From: Minisyncoccota bacterium
GTDB lineage: Bacteria; Patescibacteriota; Microgenomatia; UBA1400; PJMF01
Reading direction: 5' to 3'
Assembly: GCA_012515515.1 (NCBI GenBank)
Contig: JAAYYE010000013.1
Span: 2,293 to 66,292, forward strand
Length of the DNA: 64,000 bases
The notes under the pieces were generated by a model that did no database searches, was not told where the DNA came from, and saw only the letters and a list, made by a program, of their open reading frames with translations. Below, piece by piece: positions 1-9,365 of the stretch; the stretch's first letter is position 1; every line of letters begins with the position of its first letter. The translations under genes were made by a program, and so were the position numbers.

Positions 1-3000
1 TAGAATAATTTTCCAACGCTCTGACATTATCTCCCATTGCTACGGAAGCAGTTCCACGAGCTTCGGAATTTATACCTATTACAGCGGATGCGTTTCCATA
101 CCCAGAATTATTTTGTCCTATTGCTATAGAATAATTTCCAAATGTTCTGACATTATTTCCCCCTAGTATAGAGTTATTTCCATATGAGAAGTTGTTTTCT
201 CCCACAAACAAATTTCCTGTAGTTTTAGCATCACCAGTAGCACCATCAGCTATAAATTTAGCACTAGCGGTACTATCACCACCGACATAGAGATTAAGAC
301 TAGTATTGGTGGGGGATAAACCTTGATTCTCTAAGTCCCAGTAATTAGTGCCTAGTGAAGCAGCACTAGTCCAAGAGAGATTACCAGACCCATCATTAAC
401 TAAAGCTGTGCTAGCAGCTCCCTGACTACTGGGCCAGGAATAGGCTACATTATTAATCCTAGTTAAATTACCACTACTATCTACTCTAAATTGAGAACTA
501 TTACCTACTGAGAGTAAAGCTAAAGGATTAGTGGTACCGATACCTACATTAGTATTGTTATTAAATAAGTTACTTGAATAAGTCCAACTACTTCCATTCC
601 AGTAAATAGTTTGACCAGCTAAAGTGCCTGTTGGTAGAGCAGTGCCAGTATCATCAACACCCCAATAACCTCTGCCTGATCCATCACTCTTCCAAACTTG
701 TCCATTAGTTCCAGCAGAGTCAATAAAGTATTGACCATAATCTAGTCCTAACATTCTATAAGTACCAGTGGTGTTGATATCGCCAGCTACATCGAGGAGA
801 TATGTGGGAGCAGTATTGCCGATGCCAAAATTACCCGTATGGGTTAGAGTGGCCAGTTCAGTATAAGCAGCTACGGCTGTCCCATGACCTCCATATAAAA
901 ATCTTAATCTACCAGAGGTATCGCTGCCTGATGTGGGTAATGTTTCCATAGAGAAGGCGACGGTGTTGGTTGCGCTACTGGCTGTATTCCAGGCTGTGCC
1001 TCTCATGGTTAGTCTTGGGGAAGGGCGGACTGGGATAGCAGCGGTGGCTGAACCGGCGGTGGTAATAAGGCCTTCCACAGGAGCAGTGGGGGTGCCGCTT
1101 CTAGTCGAAGTTACCGAACTGGTAAATGAACCGCTGGTACCAGAAATTGATCCACCCACTGATAATGCCGTTGGTATCCTGGCTGTATTAGTCTCGGTAG
1201 TTACAAGACTGATGGTTCTCGCTTCAGAATATCGTCTAGCATAAGCGTTGGGCTCTAACTGAGCTCCCCAGGCGATAACAGTATTCTCGCCTACTTCCAA
1301 AGTAACACTTTTGTGGGTATTAGGGTTAGAAAATTTTTGAGTAACCGCATATCTTTGCCAAGTTTCATTGATCTCTACAGACTTTCTAGTTCCACTCTCT
1401 GTATCACTATCTATTTTTAGACCAACTGTAGCAGTACCGCTGTTTGTTTTTAAATAGATGCTAAACACCCAGTCACCTGTAGCATCCACCCCTGCTGCTG
1501 AGGTGGCAACAGTTTGGACTAGTTTTGACCCAGCACTATCGCCAACAATGGTGTCAGCGGTTGAAGCACTCTCTAGGGGAGCTGAGTGAGTATTGGCAGT
1601 AACAGAGGTAATATTAGTTCTCACCCAATCGCTAGCGCCATTTCTTTGAAATTCTTCGGTATACCTTAGAAAGTTTTGATAATAACCAGTTTTAATCCAA
1701 GGAGATTCAATGGCTCCCATGGTGGTAGTCGATTCAGTAGGGATGGAAACAATCCCCGCATATCTTTTTCCACCAATTTCAATGAGGCCGGCGCCCAAAG
1801 GAGATTCAACAAGGATATCTTCAAAGTGGCCAGTGCCTTGAACTTGCAGTTTATGTGTGGGGCTAGTTGTGCCAATCCCAATATTTGTGCCATCGTTATA
1901 TAGTAGGGAATTAGCTACCCAGGTAGTGCCATCGTGTCTTAAAGTTTGACCACTAATGCCTGTTGGTAGTAAAGCTGGTGACAAATCTGTCCAGACTGGG
2001 GCTGCTCCCGCACCTTGACTTTGTAGATAATAACCACTGCTACCAGCATCACTATTTGCTCTCAAAGCTCCTGTTAGATTAATATCACCAGCGACATCTA
2101 ATTTGTATAAAGGATTAGTTGTGCCAATCCCAATATTACCTGTTCCTGCCTGGATAGTCATTCTACTAACATTGTTAGTTCTTAACCAAAAATCATGATT
2201 GGTCATTGATCCGGCAAAAGCTCCACCAGTCGTGGAAGTGCCCATAATAAATTCAATGTCGTTTGTTACATCTCTACCAAGAAAATAGGCTTTTCCAGCC
2301 CCTTGAACGGCAACAGCGGCATTTTGTGAAGAAGCAATTGCTGCTGAGTTTTCTGGAGTCACCCCGCTTTGAGTAAAAAGAGCTAACCAATTGCTGCCAA
2401 CAGCTGAACCAGCAGTGTGCAGGGTACCGCTAGGGTCAGTTGCTCCTCCGATCCCCACATTACCTGTTCCATCTGGGGACAAAATGATGTCACCATTACC
2501 ACCACCTTGGGTTTGGATCATGATTGAATTAGCTTCAATCGTCAAGTCGCTACCTGAGACGGTTTTAATTTCTGGATCATCGGTGCCAAGGACTAATTGT
2601 CCCTGGTCATTAAGCATTAGCAAAGTGCTGTGAGTGGCAACGAGGCTAGGGCGTATGCCTTGCACAGTTTCAGAATTAATGGCATAAGCAACTGTACGAA
2701 TTGGTTGTCTGGGGCTAAGCACTTCAGCACTAGGGGCCGTACCGACTGATACCTCGAGCCAAACATTGCTATTTTCGGTAAATACACTGTCGTCAATAGT
2801 GCCACCACAATCTAGATCATCACTGCCATCCCCGTTGCCAGCTCCTAAGTTGGTGCTAAAAATTCCATCTTGATCTGGCAGTATGGCACAAGTATTTGAA
2901 GACCAAAGTAAATTGCCACCCGTCACATCATCATAAAGGGCATAGGTCATATCAGTTTCAGCGGCAATGGGAGTGCGGGCGGTGTTGGTCAAGCGTCCCT

Positions 3001-3820
3001 GGAAAGAGAGAATCCGATTTGGATTGGTAGGTAGGCTCGGATAAGCAAGTGACAGGACCGCTTGACCGAATTGTTGATAGGCTAGATAGCCTAGGCCGCC
3101 AATAAAAAATAATAATGCAATAATATTTAAAATAAGGCTTAATTTATTTGGTCGACGACGAGCTGAACTATCGGCTTCTTTAGCTCTGCCGAACCAGTTT
3201 CGCTTTTTCTTTGCTTCTTGACTAAGTTTTGCCGAATCTTCGTCTTTTAGTGCTTGATTTTCTTTGGCTAATAATTGTTGAGCCAGTAATTGCTGGGTTT
3301 TTATTTCTCGATCTTGAGCTTTTCTTAAATCAATGGCTCTTAAGTCAAGACTTGAGGCATTGGCTACCTGTTTTGAACTAAGGGGAATTTCTGACTTGAG
3401 TAAGCCCTCAGCTTTTAGCCAGTTTTTGAATTGACCAATGCCAACAATTTTGCGTTTAATTGAACTATCTTTAAGACCCTTTTCCCTCTGGTATTTAGCA
3501 AAAGCTAGTAGTTTGGGTTTGCTTCCCAAAGCATCCAAATTGCTTTCACCTAGAAAATTTAAAAATTGCTTGATATCACTTTTGTAATTGCGAATGGTAG
3601 CAGCTGAGCAGCCAGTATTTTTGACTGCCAAAAGGTAGTCATTGAGATTTTTTTCGATCTCTTTTGTGCTATTGTTGGCATTTTCTTGCAAATTTTCTGT
3701 TTGTTCGGCTTCTTTAACTGAGTCGTTTTGCAAAAGTTCCAAGAACTTTTTCTCAGCTAAAGCCATTTTTGCTTGTTTTTGCACTTCACGGCTAGTATTT
3801 TGCTTTATTTTGGCAGGCAT
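1..3820 (-). CDS. Giant surface protein, partial (C-terminus beyond window start). N-terminal tyrosine-recombinase core-binding (SAM-like) domain, one TM helix, then long Gly/Thr/Ser/Asn-rich extracellular region with tail-fibre-like repeats and a YadA-head-like repeat at the window edge.
   Basis: Hand translation of the minus strand from ATG at about 3818-3820, with an in-frame stop at 3860-3862 upstream, gives an ORF open to position 1. N-term ...LNDYLLAVKNTGCSAATIRNYKSDIKQFLNFL...IKRKIVGIGQFKNWL resembles the XerC/D core-binding domain. Hydrophobic segment LSLILNIIALLFFIGGLGYLAY. Repeats of the type N(I/V)GIGTT(N/S)P...KL(D/Q)V(A/Q)G. Terminal NSILGGNNV...YSIAIGQNNSG...ASAVIGINS is Hep_Hag-like. 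The ORF track does not list it because it runs off the window. Confidence 0.6.
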   Translation of the reverse strand, partial: MPAKIKQNTSREVQKQAKMALAEKKFLELLQNDSVKEAEQTENLQENANNSTKEIEKNLNDYLLAVKNTGCSAATIRNYKSDIKQFLNFLGESNLDALGSKPKLLAFAKYQREKGLKDSSIKRKIVGIGQFKNWLKAEGLLKSEIPLSSKQVANASSLDLRAIDLRKAQDREIKTQQLLAQQLLAKENQALKDEDSAKLSQEAKKKRNWFGRAKEADSSARRRPNKLSLILNIIALLFFIGGLGYLAYQQFGQAVLSLAYPSLPTNPNRILSFQGRLTNTARTPIAAETDMTYALYDDVTGGNLLWSSNTCAILPDQDGIFSTNLGAGNGDGSDDLDCGGTIDDSVFTENSNVWLEVSVGTAPSAEVLSPRQPIRTVAYAINSETVQGIRPSLVATHSTLLMLNDQGQLVLGTDDPEIKTVSGSDLTIEANSIMIQTQGGGNGDIILSPDGTGNVGIGGATDPSGTLHTAGSAVGSNWLALFTQSGVTPENSAAIASSQNAAVAVQGAGKAYFLGRDVTNDIEFIMGTSTTGGAFAGSMTNHDFWLRTNNVSRMTIQAGTGNIGIGTTNPLYKLDVAGDINLTGALRANSDAGSSGYYLQSQGAGAAPVWTDLSPALLPTGISGQTLRHDGTTWVANSLLYNDGTNIGIGTTSPTHKLQVQGTGHFEDILVESPLGAGLIEIGGKRYAGIVSIPTESTTTMGAIESPWIKTGYYQNFLRYTEEFQRNGASDWVRTNITSVTANTHSAPLESASTADTIVGDSAGSKLVQTVATSAAGVDATGDWVFSIYLKTNSGTATVGLKIDSDTESGTRKSVEINETWQRYAVTQKFSNPNTHKSVTLEVGENTVIAWGAQLEPNAYARRYSEARTISLVTTETNTARIPTALSVGGSISGTSGSFTSSVTSTRSGTPTAPVEGLITTAGSATAAIPVRPSPRLTMRGTAWNTASSATNTVAFSMETLPTSGSDTSGRLRFLYGGHGTAVAAYTELATLTHTGNFGIGNTAPTYLLDVAGDINTTGTYRMLGLDYGQYFIDSAGTNGQVWKSDGSGRGYWGVDDTGTALPTGTLAGQTIYWNGSSWTYSSNLFNNNTNVGIGTTNPLALLSVGNSSQFRVDSSGNLTRINNVAYSWPSSQGAASTALVNDGSGNLSWTSAASLGTNYWDLENQGLSPTNTSLNLYVGGDSTASAKFIADGATGDAKTTGNLFVGENNFSYGNNSILGGNNVRTFGNYSIAIGQNNSGYGNASAVIGINSEARGTASVAMGDNVRALENYS

Positions 3821-4310
3821 TAATTTTTCGAGCTTTTTTACTTGTCTAACCCAGATGAGTTAGACAGTTTTTTAGCTTCGTATTTTTTAATCTTATTTAG
3901 TCTAGATAAGGACTCGAACCGAAACAAGCAGCAATTTTTATTCGGGTTTTCATCGATTGAATAAAATATTCACACCAGGCGGAACTACTATATATAGGGG
4001 GCTGTTATTTCACTAATTTTCATGCTAAACAAAGCATAATAAAAGTAGTCAAAGCCTATCAGCAGTCAAAAAGGCAGTTTTCATTATCCCCAAAACAATT
4101 CACAAAATTGCTAGTTGTGAATTTACTTAGCAATGTAGTATTATGTGAAGTAGTATTTAAAAATATGGGTTTTAAGGGGGTTGTCTCTTGAGTAAAATAA
4201 TTTTTTCTTGTTTATTTTGCTCAAAAAAACCAGTTCGGGTTCAAAAAAATGTGGAAAAGTCAAAATTTGTATTTTAAAGCTCAATTTATATTAATGAATT
4301 TATTACAATA

Positions 4311-5075
4311 ATGAAAGAAAATACTCGAAAAATATTGCTATTCTTGTACCCAACTGAGCGATCCTCACCAGATACTCCAGACGAAAAAATTTTACTAAAC
4401 TTTCAACAGATTAGATTTCTATTACCTGACTTGTCTTTGACTGGCTTGCAATCATTACTCTTTTATTTAGAAAAAAGAGAATTGCTGATAAAACATTTCT
4501 TAAACAACGAAGCCCACTATAGCTTGACTAATTATGGCCAAGAGCAGTTAGAAAGGCAGTTTCCGGCTCTTTCTATTGCGCGACGCAATTGGCAAGGTCG
4601 CTGGACAATGATTTTGTTTTTAGAGGCAATCAAAACTGATCAAAATTTTCGTTACTTGCGAGGGTTTTTGCTAAAAAATGGCTGCTTAGCCCTTAATCGT
4701 GGGGTGTTTCTTTATCCTGGTCAATTGAGTGAGTATATTTTAGTCGAGTTGAACAGTCGTTATCGCCAGGCTGTGTTGGTATACGAGTTGGGTGAGTGTA
4801 TTGTGGGTGACGAGCAAATTACTATAGGACAGAAAATTGCCATAAATGACAGTTTAAAAGTTTACTCTGGTATTAGCAAAGAGCTTAACCAACTGATAGA
4901 CATTATTGGTTCAAGAAAAAAACTAAACAATCAGCAAAAAGTGGACTTTTATTCGATTTATAATCGGTTCATTAGCTTTTTGGCAGAAGATAGTGGTATC
5001 ACTGAACACTATTTCCCTCAAGTAGAAGGAGCATTAATAATCCTCTCAAAGCTACAAAAACTGCTCAAAATATAG
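4311..5075 (+). CDS. Hypothetical protein, possible PaaX-like winged-helix transcription regulator
   Basis: 254-aa ORF divergent from the giant surface gene. N-terminal region LLFLY...LTGLQSLLFYLEKRELL is reminiscent of PaaX-type wHTH. Similarity is weak and judged by eye. Confidence 0.3.
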   Translation: MKENTRKILLFLYPTERSSPDTPDEKILLNFQQIRFLLPDLSLTGLQSLLFYLEKRELLIKHFLNNEAHYSLTNYGQEQLERQFPALSIARRNWQGRWTMILFLEAIKTDQNFRYLRGFLLKNGCLALNRGVFLYPGQLSEYILVELNSRYRQAVLVYELGECIVGDEQITIGQKIAINDSLKVYSGISKELNQLIDIIGSRKKLNNQQKVDFYSIYNRFISFLAEDSGITEHYFPQVEGALIILSKLQKLLKI

Positions 5076-5580
5076 GATTTTGGGTTGTCTTCGTTTTAAT
5101 TCCTAAAGTTTCGCCTGGCTTTTGCCTGGTTAATTTAAAGAAAAATTGCCCTTGTACAGCCATTTATTTGCCAAATTTCGCAAATATTTTGGGTATAAAA
5201 TATTGTCTTTCAGCAATTTGGGTAGTAGTAAGCGAACTAATTACCCAAAGCAGATTGATTGTTTAGGATATATTTATATTACCGAAACTAGGTTTTGCGG
5301 TAATCCTTATACTTGATTATGCGGTAATAATGCTTTAAATATGCTTGAATATCTCTTTGCTTAATTATTATATTCTTTCGTGATAACTTTGCTTAATTCT
5401 TGGTTTTTTGTCCTTAGTTTTGGGTGTTTTTTTTCGATTATTTTAATTATCTGGTTTTTTGGCTTCGGTATATTTTTGCTTCAATTGTTTTTATTATATT
5501 TTCTATTTTTTACTAGTTTTTAAATATCTTATGGGATTTTAGCGTGAACTCTTTCTTAATGTCTTTATTTAAGTTAAAAT

Positions 5581-8436
5581 ATGTTTATGTCAAATGTTTT
5601 TTATGATCATCAAGCGATTGAAGAAAAGTGCTTGAGTTATTGGGACGAATTAGCTTTGTTTCAGGATGTCAATCTAGATTTAACGCCAAGTGACTTAGCT
5701 AAAAAAAGTTTTTTACTGTTTGCCTTCGTTTATCCTAGTGGGTCTGGTTTACATGTTGGCCATATTGAATCTAAAACCGCCCTTGATATTTTGGCTCGTT
5801 TTCAACGGATGAAGGGTCAGCAAGTTTATTTTCCAGTTGGCTGGGATGCTTTTGGTTTACCTGCAGAGAATTATGCGATCAAAACCGGCATTCATCCAAG
5901 TCAGACGACTAAGACAGCCATCGACACTTTTCGCCAGCAAATCAAGCGTTTAGCGATCTCTTATGATTTTGCCAACGAGCTGGCTACTAATGATCCAGAT
6001 TATTATCGCTGGACACAGTGGCTATTTTTGCAGCTACATCAAAAGGGATTAGCTTATCAGAAGCAGGGTCGAGTCAATTGGTGTCCAAGTTGTCAAACAG
6101 TCTTGGCCAATGAGCAAGTAGTTAATGGCTTGTGTGAACGTTGTGGGAGTGAAGTTGTCCAGAAAGATCTCAAACAATGGTATTTTAAGATTAAGGCTTA
6201 TCAAGATGAGCTGATCAGTGGTCTTGATGGTTTAGACTGGCCGACTGCCACCAAACAACAGCAGCTCAATTGGATAGGCCGACACGAGGGCGTTAATATT
6301 ACTTATCCAGTTTATGCTTATCCAGATGATGGGAAGAGTTTGGCTGATGGGGGAAATAGTTTGGCCAATGAGGGAAATGACTCGGCTGAAGAGGGGAGTA
6401 GCCTGGCTGAAGAGCAGCTTAATCAGGGTGAGGACACAGGAGCCAGTCGGGCGGGTGAGATTACCTGTTTTTCCAGCCGGCCAGATACTAATTTTGGCGC
6501 AACTTTTGTGGTCTTGGCGCCCGAGCATGCTTTGGCCAAGCAAATTGCAGAAAAAAATGAGCTAGTGGCGGAATACTTGGCTAAGGCAGAGAAAAAAACG
6601 GAGCTCGAGCGCCAACAAGAAGGCAAGCAGAAAAGTGGTGTTTTTACTGGTTTTTATGCTTTTAATCCTTTAAGCAAACGACGAATGCCAATTTGGGTGG
6701 CTGATTTTGTCTTAGCTAATTATGGCACTGGCGCGGTAGTTGGCGTGCCAGCCCATGACAAACGAGATTTCGAATTTGTAGAATTTGCCAATCGGCAAAA
6801 TCCTCGAGAACCCTTGTCGGTGATTCGTGTAGTGAGTGGCCCAGATGGCAATCAGGACGAGATTACTCAAGTTGAGCAAGTTTACAGTGGGGAAGGCCAA
6901 TTAATGAATTCAGCTTTTCTCAACGATTTAAGCGTGCCAGAAGCGATTGAGACAATGATCGATTATCTCGAGGAAAAAGGCTATGGCCAGCGCACAGTAA
7001 ATTATCAATTACGAGACTGGTTAATTTCTCGACAACGCTATTGGGGAACACCGATTCCCATTGTTTATGATCCAGAGGGCAATGCTCATCTGGTTAAAGA
7101 AGAACATTTGCCTTGGACTTTGCCAGACGATGTTGATTTTAAACCGACTGGTGAATCGCCCCTTAAATCTTCAAAAGAATTTCAAGAACGGGTGGAACGC
7201 CTATATGGCAAAGGCTGGACTCCTGAGTATGACACCATGGACACTTTTGTTGATTCGAGTTGGTATTTTTTGCGCTACTGCGACAGTCACAATCAGCAAG
7301 CTTTTGCTGATCCCCAGCGTTTGGAACAGTGGTTGCCGATTGATCTTTATTTAATTGGTCCAGAGCACATTGTTTTGCACTTACTTTATTCGCGCTTCTT
7401 TACTAAATTCTTGCGAGATGAAGGCCATTTAAAAATTAGCGAGCCTTTTGCCAAAATGCGTCACCAGGGCATGATTTTAGGCCCTGATGGTCAAAAAATG
7501 AGTAAGAGTAAGGGTAATGTGATTAATCCAGACCAAATAGTCGATCAGTATGGGGCTGATACGCTGCGGATTTATGAAATGTTTATAGGGCCACTTGAAG
7601 CTGATAAGCCTTGGGATGATCGAGCAGTTGCTGGAGTGGCTCGTTTTTTGCGTAAGTTATATCGTTTGGCAGTTGAGGAAATAGAGCTAATTGCTGAATT
7701 ATGGCCAGTGCTGGATGAAGAAAATAATGGCAATGGCCAAGCTGGAGGAAATAACCAAGCTGAGCTGAGCAGCCCTGAATTTGTGGGGAGAAAAGCCTTA
7801 GTGCAAAAATTGCAGCAAACGATTAAAAAACTCAGCGAGGATTTGCCTAAGTTGAAATTTAATACAGCCATTGCCTCCTTAATGGAATTCAACAATGTTT
7901 GGGAAAAAGCGAGTTTATCGAGGAATAGGCTTAAGACCTTGTCAGAAGAGAATGCTTCATCGAAAAGCACTTTCCACACCCCCTACCTATTGTTAAGTGC
8001 AGAGGAATTACTAAAATTAATAGCCATATTAGCCCCACTAGCGCCATTTTTAAGTGAGGAGCTATATGGACAAGCCAAGTATGCCTGGCAGAATCTAGCC
8101 GATCAGACTCTTGGAGAAATCAAGTGTGAAACAGGAGAAGCGCGAGCGCGCCGGCAAGCACTGGAAAGCCTGGAGTTTGCTGCCTCAATTCATTTGACGA
8201 CTTGGCCGACTTATGATCCCGCGCTCGCGCAAAGTGAGCAAATCACGCTGGCAGTGCAGGTCAACGGCAAAGTTCGCGCAGAATTAAAGCTTGATTATGA
8301 CTTGATCAACGATCAGGCCACAGTTCTAACTCAAGCCAAGGCTTTGCCGGCTTTAGAAAAATGGTTGCTGGGCCAGCAAATTATCAAAGAAATCTATGTT
8401 CCAGGTAAAATTGTGAATTTGGTGCTGGCTGCTTAA
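5581..8436 (+). CDS. leuS: Leucyl-tRNA synthetase
   Basis: 951 aa. Class I HIGH motif (HVGH) and KMSKS (GQKMSKSKGNV). Overall LeuRS-like sequence, including CP1-editing-region features. Confidence 0.9.
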   Translation: MFMSNVFYDHQAIEEKCLSYWDELALFQDVNLDLTPSDLAKKSFLLFAFVYPSGSGLHVGHIESKTALDILARFQRMKGQQVYFPVGWDAFGLPAENYAIKTGIHPSQTTKTAIDTFRQQIKRLAISYDFANELATNDPDYYRWTQWLFLQLHQKGLAYQKQGRVNWCPSCQTVLANEQVVNGLCERCGSEVVQKDLKQWYFKIKAYQDELISGLDGLDWPTATKQQQLNWIGRHEGVNITYPVYAYPDDGKSLADGGNSLANEGNDSAEEGSSLAEEQLNQGEDTGASRAGEITCFSSRPDTNFGATFVVLAPEHALAKQIAEKNELVAEYLAKAEKKTELERQQEGKQKSGVFTGFYAFNPLSKRRMPIWVADFVLANYGTGAVVGVPAHDKRDFEFVEFANRQNPREPLSVIRVVSGPDGNQDEITQVEQVYSGEGQLMNSAFLNDLSVPEAIETMIDYLEEKGYGQRTVNYQLRDWLISRQRYWGTPIPIVYDPEGNAHLVKEEHLPWTLPDDVDFKPTGESPLKSSKEFQERVERLYGKGWTPEYDTMDTFVDSSWYFLRYCDSHNQQAFADPQRLEQWLPIDLYLIGPEHIVLHLLYSRFFTKFLRDEGHLKISEPFAKMRHQGMILGPDGQKMSKSKGNVINPDQIVDQYGADTLRIYEMFIGPLEADKPWDDRAVAGVARFLRKLYRLAVEEIELIAELWPVLDEENNGNGQAGGNNQAELSSPEFVGRKALVQKLQQTIKKLSEDLPKLKFNTAIASLMEFNNVWEKASLSRNRLKTLSEENASSKSTFHTPYLLLSAEELLKLIAILAPLAPFLSEELYGQAKYAWQNLADQTLGEIKCETGEARARRQALESLEFAASIHLTTWPTYDPALAQSEQITLAVQVNGKVRAELKLDYDLINDQATVLTQAKALPALEKWLLGQQIIKEIYVPGKIVNLVLAA

Positions 8437-8548
8437 TTGCTTGGCTAATTTTTAATTTGTGCTCGCTTTTCGCTTTTCGCTTACTGCTTTTTTGCTTTGC
8501 TCCTTGTCATTTGTTTGTCATTTTCGCCTTGTATCATTATTTTAATCA

Positions 8549-9217
8549 ATGAAGCCAAAACATTTTCCTAAACGTCTTTTTTACTTAATATTTCGTTTTT
8601 TACCTGCTTGCCTGATAATTGCTGCCATGATCATCATTAAGCCGGCTTTAGAGTCTTTGCGCGCTTCGGCAGAGAGTTTGGAGTGTTACTGTCCCAGTTG
8701 TCCAGAAAACTTATTGCCTGAGTCAGGATTACAAGCTTTGGGCCAGATTAAAGCAGAAATTGCGGGAGCGGTCAAAAAACCCGGTGTTTATGAACTAACT
8801 TTAGGGCAAAGGCGCGCCGATTTGCTGTCAGCGGCTGGCGGTCTAGATCCAGAAGCTTCTTTAGTACATATGGTCAAGAGTTTTAATTTGAGCACGGTAG
8901 TTGCCGATGGCGAAAAAATTTATATTCCTTATGCCTGGGAAGAGCAATGGCAGTTGCAAGCGATCAATAATACGGAGGATTCATCTAGTGGGCTTAGTAA
9001 TAGCACAACAAGTCAGGACAATAACGAGTCTGCAAGTGCTTTAATCTCGATTAATTCAGCTAGTACAAAAGAACTGCAAACCTTGCCAGAAATAGGGGAA
9101 AAGCGGGCCCAAGATATTATCGACAACCGACCTTACGCCAGTCTTAATGACTTGCTAAATAAAAAAATAATTAGTCAAAAAATTTACGAGACAATTGAAA
9201 AGTTAATTAGTTTGTAA
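8549..9217 (+). CDS. comEA: Competence protein ComEA-like (TM anchor, SLBB, helix-hairpin-helix DNA-binding)
   Basis: N-terminal TM helix. C-terminal STKELQTLPEIGEKRAQDIIDNRPYASLNDL matches the ComEA HhH motif. Confidence 0.65.
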   Translation: MKPKHFPKRLFYLIFRFLPACLIIAAMIIIKPALESLRASAESLECYCPSCPENLLPESGLQALGQIKAEIAGAVKKPGVYELTLGQRRADLLSAAGGLDPEASLVHMVKSFNLSTVVADGEKIYIPYAWEEQWQLQAINNTEDSSSGLSNSTTSQDNNESASALISINSASTKELQTLPEIGEKRAQDIIDNRPYASLNDLLNKKIISQKIYETIEKLISL

Positions 9218-9365
9218 AATATTATAAGATTCTCGATGCCTAAAAGGCAGCAAAAACGAGTAGTCTTGTTGCTAATAAATCAGCAAAAATACGACATAAA
9301 ACAAGAAAAATCTTTAAATTTTAAAAAGTTTTAAGCAACTAGCACATTTTGCATCAATACTAGGC

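Noticed and set aside
933-2808. ORF-track entries 933..1244(+), 1666..1893(-), 1676..1903(+), 2391..2633(+), 2617..2808(-)
   Set aside because: They lie within or antisense to the long minus-strand surface-protein reading frame (1..3820) and have no motifs. Treated as frame artefacts of a GC-richer repetitive gene.
3642-3863. 73-aa plus-strand ORF
   Set aside because: Overlaps the N-terminal coding region of the giant minus-strand gene. Phe/Cys/Ser-rich translation typical of an antisense frame.
5076-5580. T-box riboswitch upstream of leuS
   Set aside because: The conserved T-box sequence (AATTAGGGTGGNACCGCG) and specifier/antiterminator arrangement were not found, only AT-rich sequence with GCGGTAAT repeats.
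6232-7979. Several internal/antisense ORFs inside leuS (6232..6543, 6314..6565, 6423..6626, 6712..6900, 7061..7354, 7572..7979)
   Set aside because: All overlap the well-supported LeuRS frame, so they are spurious.
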